Assembly (NCBI GenBank): GCA_942493105.1
Contig: OW818668.1
Span: forward strand, 1,800,001 to 1,832,000
Direction: 5' to 3'
DNA: 32,000 bases
Source: an uncultured Erysipelotrichaceae bacterium
Lineage (GTDB): Bacteria; Bacillota_I; Bacilli_A; Erysipelotrichales; Erysipelotrichaceae
The stretch's first letter is position 1; every line of letters begins with the position of its first letter. Position numbers and translations under genes: made by a program. The notes under the pieces are model-generated. The model did not search any database, was not told the DNA's origin, and was given only the letters and a program-made list of their open reading frames with translations. This document shows positions 8,807-16,970 of this stretch, in pieces.

Positions 8807-9716
8807 GCTTGACCCCTTTATCTTGCGCCATCAATATAGCCAATAAGATTGAATTGAACTTAGCTTCATCACTGTCTGATCGAGAGGTCAAAACGATTGG
8901 AGCTGCTGCTCCACTGATGACGCAAGCTACCGAACCCTTCGCAAAATAAGTAATGGCTTTATATAAAATATTACCAGCTTCAATATTGGGCATCAATAAC
9001 ACATCTGCTTTTCCTGCATTTGGATTACTCATGCCTTTATGATGGGCTGCTTCGATGGATACAGCTCCATCGAACGCAAAAGGACCATCGACTTCACAAC
9101 CGATGAGGTCTCCTGCTTTTTGAAGTGCACTTAACTCTTCAGCATCTAAAGTGGCTTGCATTTTAGGATTGACTTTCTCAACGGCACAGATGACAGCAAC
9201 CTTTGGATTTTGGATCCCTAAGGCTTGTGTAACAGGTATACAGTTTTCTATGATTTGTTTTTTTGCGTTCACATCTGGGGCAATGTTCATGGCTCCATCC
9301 GACATTAGATATATCTTATCAATCGATGGAACAGTAAACACAGTCACATGCGACAACAAATGATCTGTTCTAAGACCCCATTCTTTATTTAAAACAGCTC
9401 TTAGTAAAACGCTTGTGTCTACCAAGCCTTTCATTAAAAGATCGGCTTCGTGATTAAAAACCAGTTGTACAGCCATTTCACAGGCTAAGACAGGATCTTT
9501 TTGATCGATGATTCTAATTTCTTCTAGCGAAAAATGATGTTGAGCACTGATATCTTTGATGAGTACTTCATCTCCAACCAATATGGCAGATACATAATGC
9601 TCAGATACAGCTTGGGACACAGCTGAAATAACTTCTTCATCGGCAGCACAAGCGACTGCTAAAACCGTCTTTTGATGCGTTTTGATACGTTGACGTAAAG
9701 TTTCTTGTAGGTTCAT
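8799..9716 (-). CDS. ptb: Phosphate butyryltransferase
   Basis: 305 aa PTA/PTB-family sequence (..LMKGLVDTS..SDGAMNIAPD..PNIEAGNILYK..). RBS GAAGGAG. Confidence 0.9.
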   Translation of the reverse strand: MNLQETLRQRIKTHQKTVLAVACAADEEVISAVSQAVSEHYVSAILVGDEVLIKDISAQHHFSLEEIRIIDQKDPVLACEMAVQLVFNHEADLLMKGLVDTSVLLRAVLNKEWGLRTDHLLSHVTVFTVPSIDKIYLMSDGAMNIAPDVNAKKQIIENCIPVTQALGIQNPKVAVICAVEKVNPKMQATLDAEELSALQKAGDLIGCEVDGPFAFDGAVSIEAAHHKGMSNPNAGKADVLLMPNIEAGNILYKAITYFAKGSVACVISGAAAPIVLTSRSDSDEAKFNSILLAILMAQDKGVKHV

Positions 9717-9754
9717 TGTGACTCCTTCATTACCATTATACGAAAAAAAGAGCC

Positions 9755-10996
9755 TTAATAGGTCCTTCTCTGTGTAATCTTGTGGGTTTGTAACTGATAA
9801 GCCGTATTTAGGAAATCAAAATATGCACCAGGTGTAATGATCCCATTGAGTCTAAATAAACCAAGTTGTTTGTCTTTGATGAAATAATCAACCAAATCAA
9901 CACAATTGATCCCAAAAGCAAAATACGTTTTAAAGTAACCATGAGTAAATTTAAAGAAATCAGCATGCGTCGCATTGGATAATCGTTGAATATAAAATAA
10001 AGGTTCGTTTTCTTTTATCGCAAGCTTCCAGGGTTTTGTACGATCCATGAGTTGTTTCAAGCGCTTTTCAAACAGTTGAATTTGCTTTTCATCCAGATCA
10101 TATACGAACCCAATCAACCGTTTTTGTTCAGCTTTGATGCAGAAGTCTAAATAAGGCTGAGGATCACTGACGATCAAGACTCCATCGCCTAAAGCATTGT
10201 TGAGATGACGATGTTTTGGATCATAGGCACCATAAGAATATAGTTTGTTGTGATAGATCATATCTAAATGTCCTAAATTATCAGATCGATTATCTTTCAT
10301 ATGAAATAAAATCTCCAACTGATTGGGTTTTAGTGCGTTGTGTTGTGTGTTGATATCTAGGCCTTGGTTGATCAGTTGCCTTAACACACGTTGTGGATAA
10401 AGCATGGCTATGAAATTTGGTAATGGCAATCTGAACAAATGATTTATTTTGTTTCCAAAAAAACCAGTGGTGATCAATTGTATGCCAGAAATGCTTTGAA
10501 AGAGTCCGACATAAATCAAATACACACCAGCGACCCACACTAAGCGCAACATACTGGGAACAGGATCAAACAACAACACAAACGCAAAACCAACTGAAAT
10601 AATAGCATCAATCAGATTCCATAAACGTGGACGAATATCATCCACTTTGTACACATAATAAATCATAGATTTTGAGATGGCACTGATCAAGGCCCAAACT
10701 CCATAAACCATAGGAATCATGGCGATTTGCATTTGTGGTATACGCCACAACAACACATTGATGATCAGTAAGAACCCTGTATTCCATAAGTGTTGTGTCT
10801 TTTTAAGTTTTTGATTCTCAAAAAGAAAAACCACGAATTGAAAAAAACAGATAACCATTAAACCATAGCGATTAAGTTGAATCAGTAAATCAGAAATAAT
10901 GCTGGTTTCAAAAAATAATAAAGTGCCTAAACTCAGAATTAACAGACCTGAGATTAAGACACTTGAATTTCGTATTTGATTCTTAAAAATGTTCAT
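9755..10996 (-). CDS. Membrane protein: N-terminal multi-helix domain plus C-terminal soluble domain of unknown function
   Basis: 413 aa. Residues 1 to about 190 are hydrophobic helices. The C-terminal half carries GHLDMIYHNKLYSYG and, about 120 aa later, FGINCVDLV. No clear SD sequence. Confidence 0.5.
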   Translation of the reverse strand: MNIFKNQIRNSSVLISGLLILSLGTLLFFETSIISDLLIQLNRYGLMVICFFQFVVFLFENQKLKKTQHLWNTGFLLIINVLLWRIPQMQIAMIPMVYGVWALISAISKSMIYYVYKVDDIRPRLWNLIDAIISVGFAFVLLFDPVPSMLRLVWVAGVYLIYVGLFQSISGIQLITTGFFGNKINHLFRLPLPNFIAMLYPQRVLRQLINQGLDINTQHNALKPNQLEILFHMKDNRSDNLGHLDMIYHNKLYSYGAYDPKHRHLNNALGDGVLIVSDPQPYLDFCIKAEQKRLIGFVYDLDEKQIQLFEKRLKQLMDRTKPWKLAIKENEPLFYIQRLSNATHADFFKFTHGYFKTYFAFGINCVDLVDYFIKDKQLGLFRLNGIITPGAYFDFLNTAYQLQTHKITQRRTY

Positions 10997-11044
10997 AAAT
11001 TAAGTATAGTGTTTCCAGTGATAAGACGCAATCCAATAGTTGAG

Positions 11045-11073
11045 TTGCCATTTGCCAAATTAAAAACTATGAT
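11045..11073 (+). promoter_or_regulatory. Sigma-A type promoter for the DUF438-like gene
   Basis: -35 TTGCCA (11045-11050), 17-nt spacer, -10 TATGAT (11068-11073), about 27 nt upstream of ATG 11100. Confidence 0.5.
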
Positions 11074-11099
11074 AGTTGTATAGGATAAAGGAGAATTCA

Positions 11100-12257
11100 A
11101 TGACCTCACAAACGACCTTAGATCGACTATACGACTATATATTGGCCATCAGAGATGGAAAAGGATCGCTGGATTTATTCAAAACTTATGAAAAAGATAT
11201 TGAATCTTTATCGACTATGGATCTGTTTGATTTATTTAACCGAGTTCTCAAAATCGATGAACCCAAAGAAATCTTGCCTTATTTGGATAAATTGGTTCAT
11301 ATATTTGCTCAAGGTTTAGGACCTAAACAAAGAACCACCCCTCAGGGGTCCATTTTATCTTTTCTTCACCAAGAAAATGAAGCCATGAAACTTAAACTCA
11401 ATGCGATTCAAACATTGATGCATGCTTCACTTCAAAATATTGAACCTAAAGTTTTATTGCCTTTGTTTACTGAACTGCAAGATTTTACACCCCATTATGT
11501 CAAAATCCAAAATGTTTTATTTCCTTACTTAGAAAAAGCAGATGAACGCTGTACTGGATTAAAAATCATGTGGTCACTTCAGGATCAGACAAAGGCAACA
11601 CTTAAACATATCGTTACTCAACTTCAAGAATCTGAACACTTGGACGATGCTCTTATCATTTCAATCGGCAGCTATTTTTTTGCAGCCTACGGATTGATTC
11701 AAAAAGAAGAGCTCATATTGTTTCAAGTTGCACTCGACCTTTTGGATCCATCCCAATTAGAACAAGTAGAGATTCATTGTGCTGAATTCGATGCTTGTTT
11801 CATTCCTCCGCTTCCAAAAAGGAAATTGAATATCGAAGAATCACCTGCTTTCTTTTTCAATACTGAAACAGGTCATTTAACGAAAGAACAGTTGATTTTG
11901 GTATTAGGTGCGATTCCTATAGATATAACCTTGATCGATGAATTCGATAAAGTATTGTATTTTAATAATGCAAAGGATCGCTTATTCCCAAGATCAGCAG
12001 CTGTTATTGGACGTGATGTTCGCAATTGTCATCCAGCAGAAAGTGTTCATGTAGTCAATGAAATTCTCAGTGCTTTTAGAAACAAATCACGTGATGAAGC
12101 AAAATTTTGGATCCATATGAGAAATAAGTTTGTCTTTATCCGATATGTCGCTTTAAGAGATGCTTTGGGAACCTATAAAGGCTGTCTGGAAATTACGCAA
12201 GAAATCTCTGAGATCCATGCTCTAAAAGGTGATCGAAGATTATTGGATTGGGACTAA
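11100..12257 (+). CDS. DUF438 / PAS-like domain protein
   Basis: The C-terminal region ..ITLIDEFDKVLYFN..RSAAVIGRDVRNCHP..FWIHMRNKFVFIRY resembles DUF438+PAS proteins. Start set to ATG 11100, 6 nt after AAAGGAG. The ORF-track start at 11076 is a TTG with no RBS. Confidence 0.6.
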   Translation: MTSQTTLDRLYDYILAIRDGKGSLDLFKTYEKDIESLSTMDLFDLFNRVLKIDEPKEILPYLDKLVHIFAQGLGPKQRTTPQGSILSFLHQENEAMKLKLNAIQTLMHASLQNIEPKVLLPLFTELQDFTPHYVKIQNVLFPYLEKADERCTGLKIMWSLQDQTKATLKHIVTQLQESEHLDDALIISIGSYFFAAYGLIQKEELILFQVALDLLDPSQLEQVEIHCAEFDACFIPPLPKRKLNIEESPAFFFNTETGHLTKEQLILVLGAIPIDITLIDEFDKVLYFNNAKDRLFPRSAAVIGRDVRNCHPAESVHVVNEILSAFRNKSRDEAKFWIHMRNKFVFIRYVALRDALGTYKGCLEITQEISEIHALKGDRRLLDWD

Positions 12258-12284
12258 AAAACAACTGAAATTTCAGTTGTTTTT
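12257..12284. terminator. Bidirectional rho-independent terminator between convergent genes
   Basis: Perfect palindrome AAAAACAACTGAAA/TTTCAGTTGTTTTT with an A-run on one side and a T-run on the other. Confidence 0.8.
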
Positions 12285-12299
12285 ATTGAAACATATAAA

Positions 12300-12497
12300 T
12301 TATCCGCCTCTGCGATTGATTTGTCCTCGACCTATACCATGATTGATCATCGCATGACGACCCTTTTTCATCAATCCGTTAAACCCATGCTGAACACTTG
12401 TTTTGGGGTCAGTTTTCATTGGGGCAAATGTACCATGTTTATCGGGTGGAGTTTGTGGTGCATGTCCTAAAGACCCCAGTTTTTCTTTCTGAAGCAT
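12300..12497 (-). CDS. Small basic Gly/His/Pro-rich protein (65 aa), unknown function
   Basis: AGGAGG lies 7 nt upstream of the ATG. A near-consensus promoter is upstream and a terminator downstream. Sequence MLQKEKLGSLGHAPQTPPDKHG..GIGRGQINRRGG has no hydrophobic core. Confidence 0.6.
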   Translation of the reverse strand: MLQKEKLGSLGHAPQTPPDKHGTFAPMKTDPKTSVQHGFNGLMKKGRHAMINHGIGRGQINRRGG

Positions 12498-12535
12498 TAA
12501 GGTCCTCCTAACTAAGTCTGTGCTTAGTCACTTTT

Positions 12536-12563
12536 AGTATAATCCATACTCATCACTTGTCAA
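12536..12563 (-). promoter_or_regulatory. Sigma-A type promoter for the 65-aa protein gene
   Basis: Minus strand: -35 TTGACA (12563-12558), 16-nt spacer, -10 TATACT (12541-12536). Confidence 0.6.
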
Positions 12564-13310
12564 TCAAGGGGAAACAAAGGTGTAATAAATGAAACCACCA
12601 CTGGATGTGGTCGTTTCAAGCCATAATGCCAAATCAATGATCAAACGTTCTCCTCCATCCAATATATGAACCAATACACGTTCAGGTTCTTGTAGATCTA
12701 AACCAACGATCAAGACCCAATGATAAGCTTCAAGGTTATGTACCTTCCCGTTATTTAGGTTTAAAAAAGCAATGGGGACATCTTCACGAAGACCCGATTG
12801 AATGAACTGTGATACTTCTGTTAAAGTAGGACGATGATTAACCAATTTTGGTATCTCAAGACTATGTTTGGTAAATGTTAAATTTTGTGAAATAAAGTAT
12901 TTCGATAATCCATTATAAAACCGATCCAGACGATTGATTCCTCCAAAACCAGGTGTAACAAAATTCCAGATTTCATTCATCACAGCTATGGCTTCATCTT
13001 TTGTTTTTGGAGCTTTTTTTGGATCCGTTTGATACATAACCATCATGGAGGCACAAGTAGGACCACAGCCTGATAAGCGTTGCCATGGCTTTCCATACCA
13101 AAGCTGATCACAGCCATACAGTGAGGAATTCTCAATCTTTAGATAATCTATGTTTTTTAAGGTCAAGTTTTGATTCATAAGTTTTTGTATCTCTACAATA
13201 TCATACCCATACACATTTTCTAAGTATATTGACTGAGCATAAAAAAGATTCACATCAGTGAATCTTTTACTTCGTAGGATTAATGAGTTTTTCAATGACT
13301 TTTGGGTCAC
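12564..13310 (-). CDS. Papain-fold (peptidase C39-like) cysteine protein, no signal peptide
   Basis: Candidate nucleophile motif LSGCGPTCASMMVMY and a downstream YHWVLIVG His motif. The start is uncertain: the GTG at 13310 overlaps korB by 44 nt, and no candidate start has a good SD. Confidence 0.5.
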   Translation of the reverse strand: MTQKSLKNSLILRSKRFTDVNLFYAQSIYLENVYGYDIVEIQKLMNQNLTLKNIDYLKIENSSLYGCDQLWYGKPWQRLSGCGPTCASMMVMYQTDPKKAPKTKDEAIAVMNEIWNFVTPGFGGINRLDRFYNGLSKYFISQNLTFTKHSLEIPKLVNHRPTLTEVSQFIQSGLREDVPIAFLNLNNGKVHNLEAYHWVLIVGLDLQEPERVLVHILDGGERLIIDLALWLETTTSSGGFIYYTFVSP

Positions 13311-14121
13311 GTTTACGCAGATAAAGCGGAGTCAAATCACCTTGATAGAATGGATGACGCTGTGAATAAGACTTACCTTCTACTTGATATAGAATTCCAC
13401 AGGCCAGTCTTTCTTCATCAAGAGCCAGTCTTAATGCAGCTTCCTTATCTGTTTTAACATGCTTTTCATCCAGCCAGAACGTATGTGACTTATACCAAGC
13501 AAAGGTATTTACTTTATTATAGGTCACGCAGGGATGAAAGATATCGACGATCGCATATCCATTATGCAAGATCGCAGCTTTGATCAGTTCTTTTGTTTTT
13601 TCCTGATCACCACTGAAACCTCGGCCAACGAAAGTAGCTCCCATCGCTAAAGCTAAAGCCATGGGATTGATGGGTTGATTGTATACTCCATCCAATTGGA
13701 TCGGTGTGACCAAACCAATCGGAGAAGTTGGAGAAGCTTGACCTTTGGTCAAACCATAGACCATATTGTTGTGGACGATATGAATCAGATGTGGGTTACG
13801 ACGAATGTTATGGATCAGATGATTTCCACCTTCACCATACATATCACCATCACCGCCTTCAGCGATGACCGTCAATTTTGGATTTACAGCACTTATGGCA
13901 CTGGCAACAGCCAATCCACGTCCATGAAGTCCATTAAAATAACTGGCATCTACATACTGTGGCATTTTAGCAGCTTGACCAATGCCTGATGAGAATACGA
14001 CTTGCGTCGGATCAAGATCTAGTTCTTGCAATGCTTTGATTAAGATGTTTCTTAGTGGAAAGTTTCCGCATCCAGGACACCAGGCCATATCGATGTCATG
14101 GTTAAATTCGAACTTTGTCAT
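13267..14121 (-). CDS. korB: 2-oxoacid:acceptor oxidoreductase, beta subunit (KorB-type)
   Basis: 284 aa with WCPGCGNF and the GGDGD TPP-binding motif. ATGA-type 4-nt overlap with the alpha subunit gene. Confidence 0.85.
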   Translation of the reverse strand: MTKFEFNHDIDMAWCPGCGNFPLRNILIKALQELDLDPTQVVFSSGIGQAAKMPQYVDASYFNGLHGRGLAVASAISAVNPKLTVIAEGGDGDMYGEGGNHLIHNIRRNPHLIHIVHNNMVYGLTKGQASPTSPIGLVTPIQLDGVYNQPINPMALALAMGATFVGRGFSGDQEKTKELIKAAILHNGYAIVDIFHPCVTYNKVNTFAWYKSHTFWLDEKHVKTDKEAALRLALDEERLACGILYQVEGKSYSQRHPFYQGDLTPLYLRKRDPKVIEKLINPTK

Positions 14122-15800
14122 TGCTTTTCCTCCAATAGAGTGACCAATTCATCAATATGATATGGTTCACCATTATACTTCAAGATACGACGATCGACTT
14201 TGATTCCATAGGTCATTTGAATCAGGTTTGCGAATTGGCCGGTAGCGTTGTTTTCGATGACTGTAATGGATTTTGCCCCATGAATCAACTTTTCAACTGA
14301 AGCAGGTAAAGGATATACCTGAATGAAGTGAACATGAGTATAACCCCACTTAGGATTGGTACCCAAGGCTTCCTCAATGACTCCATAAGTTGACCCCCAA
14401 CTTAAGATCAATTTTTCTTTTTCAGGTGCCCCACTGATCAAAGGTTCTAATATATCTTCCTTCATCAATTCAAATTTATGAAGACGTTTTTCATGCATAT
14501 TGACACGCATCGTAAAGGATTCTGTGATCATGCCTTCTTCATCGTGTTCATCGGAGTCTACTTTGACATAGCCTTTTCCATAACCAGGAATCCCTCTAGG
14601 AGAAATTCCACTTTGATCAAAGGCATAACGTTTATAATCACGCTCTGTTTCAACAACGAAACCTTCAAGATATTTTGGATTGAAATCTAGATGCTCAACT
14701 TGACTCATGGATTCTAACCAATATTGATCAGATAATACAAAGACAGGTATCTGATATTTATCGGCCATATAGAAAGCTCTAGACATCACTTCAATACCAT
14801 CTTCTAAACGTCCTGGCGCAAAGATCATTCTTGGGAATTCACCATGGCCTGCATAAAGTACCAAGTTCAAATCACCCTGTTCTGTACGCGTTGGTAAGCC
14901 TGTAGCAGGTCCTGGACGTTGTGCCACATGAACGACTGCAGGTGATTCTGTAATACCCGCTAAACTTACTGCTTCTGTCATCAAGGCAAAACCACCTCCT
15001 GAAGTCGTAGTCAATGCGCGTGCTCCAGCATACCATGCCCCAATGACCATATTTAAAGCCGCAATTTCATCTTCAGCCTGTTCAACCAAAATATCAACAT
15101 GGTGACTTTTCTCTTCAAGCAAGGTCATTAATGAAGTCCCAGGCGACATAGGATAGGCTGCAACATAATTGACACCCCCAGCTATGGCTCCTAGACTCAA
15201 GACATCATTGCCTGTTAAAACTCGTTTCGGCGTAAATTTAAGCGGCTTGAGTGCTTTAGGACGATCTGCATCGACTAAACCCAAAGCATATCCTAAATCA
15301 AAAGCTTTGATGTTTCCAGATACGATATCTTCACCGCGTTTGGTAAAACGTTTGGTGATGAGTGCTTTCGCATTATCTGAAGAGGCATCGATCATACCAG
15401 CAATATAGCCAAACATGGCTGTATTTTCATACAATCTGTTTCCAGCTTGTTTCGCCAAATCTAAAAAGGCTACCTCTTTAGTTTTGAATGTGCTTGGAAC
15501 TGATTTTAGAAAAGGAGCCTCTCCATAAATGACAGTATCTTTTTTAATTCTAGGACTCAGTCTTTCAAAAGCGTGGTCATTGAATAAAAACAGATAATCG
15601 ATGGTATAACGCAAAGCTTGGATTGGATGATCTGAGATTCGGATCTCAACAGAATTGTTGCCTCCCCGTACTCGGCTCATGACCTCTTTAGATGAGAATA
15701 CATAGGCTTCCTGGGTCAAAGTTTCAACTAAAAATTCTTCTACGGTTTGTAGACCTTGCCCCGCTTCACCCGATAAAACAATGGTAATAGAATCGCGCAT
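14118..15800 (-). CDS. korA: 2-oxoacid:acceptor oxidoreductase, alpha subunit (fused gamma+alpha, KorA-type)
   Basis: 560 aa. The N-terminal gamma-like domain (LSGEAGQGLQT) is fused to an alpha domain (AAYPMSPGTS..AEDEIAALNM). RBS AAAGGAG. Confidence 0.85.
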   Translation of the reverse strand: MRDSITIVLSGEAGQGLQTVEEFLVETLTQEAYVFSSKEVMSRVRGGNNSVEIRISDHPIQALRYTIDYLFLFNDHAFERLSPRIKKDTVIYGEAPFLKSVPSTFKTKEVAFLDLAKQAGNRLYENTAMFGYIAGMIDASSDNAKALITKRFTKRGEDIVSGNIKAFDLGYALGLVDADRPKALKPLKFTPKRVLTGNDVLSLGAIAGGVNYVAAYPMSPGTSLMTLLEEKSHHVDILVEQAEDEIAALNMVIGAWYAGARALTTTSGGGFALMTEAVSLAGITESPAVVHVAQRPGPATGLPTRTEQGDLNLVLYAGHGEFPRMIFAPGRLEDGIEVMSRAFYMADKYQIPVFVLSDQYWLESMSQVEHLDFNPKYLEGFVVETERDYKRYAFDQSGISPRGIPGYGKGYVKVDSDEHDEEGMITESFTMRVNMHEKRLHKFELMKEDILEPLISGAPEKEKLILSWGSTYGVIEEALGTNPKWGYTHVHFIQVYPLPASVEKLIHGAKSITVIENNATGQFANLIQMTYGIKVDRRILKYNGEPYHIDELVTLLEEKQ

Positions 15801-15939
15801 AATGCTCCTTTCACGATATGACTTCCTTAAACATAGGTTACTCCAAAAAACTCAAAATTGACAATCTTTTCTTCATTATGACATGCAGTATTCTTACTTT
15901 AACGCATCAGCGCTAACCTTTCAATTTATTTACCCAACT

Positions 15940-15967
15940 AAAAACCTTCTCGTTACTGAAGGTTTTT
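15940..15967. terminator. Orphan symmetric hairpin (terminator-like) in the korA upstream region
   Basis: AAAAACCTTC-tcgttact-GAAGGTTTTT: 10-bp stem flanked by A- and T-runs. It lies 140 nt upstream of the korA ATG and 110 nt beyond the dsbA-like terminator. Confidence 0.4.
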
Positions 15968-16074
15968 AGAAGGAGAATAGAGTTACGTGAAAGGGGAAAT
16001 TTCATCGCTGATTACAGTTTATATACTAGATTGTTTTTTCGCCAATGAAATGCTCAAGTTATTATCGATATCGT

Positions 16075-16103
16075 TAAAAAAACACCAGAGTTTATCTGGT
16101 GTT
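16075..16103 (-). terminator. Rho-independent terminator of the DsbA-like gene
   Basis: Stem AACACCAGA/TCTGGTGTT with a 5-nt loop, followed on the minus strand by TTTTTTT. Confidence 0.75.
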
Positions 16104-16108
16104 TGAAT

Positions 16109-16750
16109 TTATCTGCCCATCTCAGTAATATAGGCATTACGCAAGGTTTCAACAAAGCTTTCTATGGGTTGTGCACCAGGAATAACATGTTTCTTATTGA
16201 TTCGAAAATAAGGTACACCTCGTATGTTGATGGCTTTGGCTTCTGAGAGATCTGATAACACTAGATCTTTTAATTTATCTGAATACAGCATTGCCTTGAT
16301 TTCATCTTTATTCATCCCAAATTTGATACCAAGTTCTATTAAGACATCAAAATCAGCCAGGTTTTTGCCTTGGGTAAAATAAGCATCATATAAAGAAGCA
16401 TTCAATGCCATTAATTGACTAGGATCACAGAGTTTCATCAAACGATGGGCATCCAAAGTATTGGTTGCCTTAACAAGATCATAATTGTAAACCAAGCCTA
16501 AGCTTGCAGCTTTATCAGTGACTTTTTGAGTCATGGCTTTTGCTTCTGATAGACTGACTCCATATTTAGCCGACAAGACATCATGAGTGCTTTGTCTAAT
16601 GGATTTGGGGGCACTGGGATCCAGTTGAAAGGCTTTATAAATGATCTCTACTTTATCGCTCAGTTTTAACTCAGCCAATGCTCTATCCAAGTGGACCTTT
16701 CCGATATAACAGAACGGACAACTATAATCTGACCAAACTTCTATTTTCAT
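16109..16750 (-). CDS. DsbA-family (FrnE-like) thiol:disulfide oxidoreductase
   Basis: MKIEVWSDYSCPFCYIGK carries a CPFC active site in the DsbA/FrnE N-terminal context. Start set to ATG 16750 after GTGAGG; the ORF-track start is a GTG inside that RBS. No signal peptide. Confidence 0.8.
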   Translation of the reverse strand: MKIEVWSDYSCPFCYIGKVHLDRALAELKLSDKVEIIYKAFQLDPSAPKSIRQSTHDVLSAKYGVSLSEAKAMTQKVTDKAASLGLVYNYDLVKATNTLDAHRLMKLCDPSQLMALNASLYDAYFTQGKNLADFDVLIELGIKFGMNKDEIKAMLYSDKLKDLVLSDLSEAKAINIRGVPYFRINKKHVIPGAQPIESFVETLRNAYITEMGR

Positions 16751-16970
16751 AAAAAACCTCACTTTACCCTTACATTATACGATAAAGCGAGGTTGTTAAG
16801 TTGATTATGACATTTTCAGCTTTCAAAATCAGGATCACTTTAGCCATGGAAACACATAATTGTGTTTTAAACCACTGCACATTTGGGGCAAATGTATAGT
16901 AAGCAAAGAACAAATTGATCTTTCAACCTTTTAAATGCAGGAACCCATCGAAATCTTTTCATTAGGTTGT

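Noticed and set aside
9735-9740. Perfect TATAAT (minus strand) 18 nt upstream of the ptb ATG.
   Set aside because: There is no acceptable -35 at 16-18 nt, and the implied 5' UTR would barely include the RBS. It may be a weak promoter or chance in AT-rich DNA, so it is not called.
15857-15862. Perfect TTGACA hexamer on the plus strand upstream of korA.
   Set aside because: It is on the wrong strand for korA. The only nearby -10-like hexamer (TATGAC) is 13 nt away, and no plus-strand gene follows.
15987-16106. 39-codon plus-strand ORF (GTG start, GAAGGAG 11 nt upstream) in the korA/dsbA intergenic region.
   Set aside because: The RBS spacing is long, the start is GTG, the ORF runs through the dsbA-like terminator hairpin and the sequence is featureless. 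Without conservation data it is not supportable.
16867-16962. 31-codon minus-strand ORF (MKRFRWVPAFKRL..) and a 7-4-7 inverted repeat AAACACA-TAAT-TGTGTTT in the 208-nt gap upstream of the dsbA-like gene.
   Set aside because: The ORF has no RBS. The inverted repeat has no adjacent T-run, so it is not a terminator, and no identifiable cognate regulator. It could be an operator, but the evidence is insufficient.
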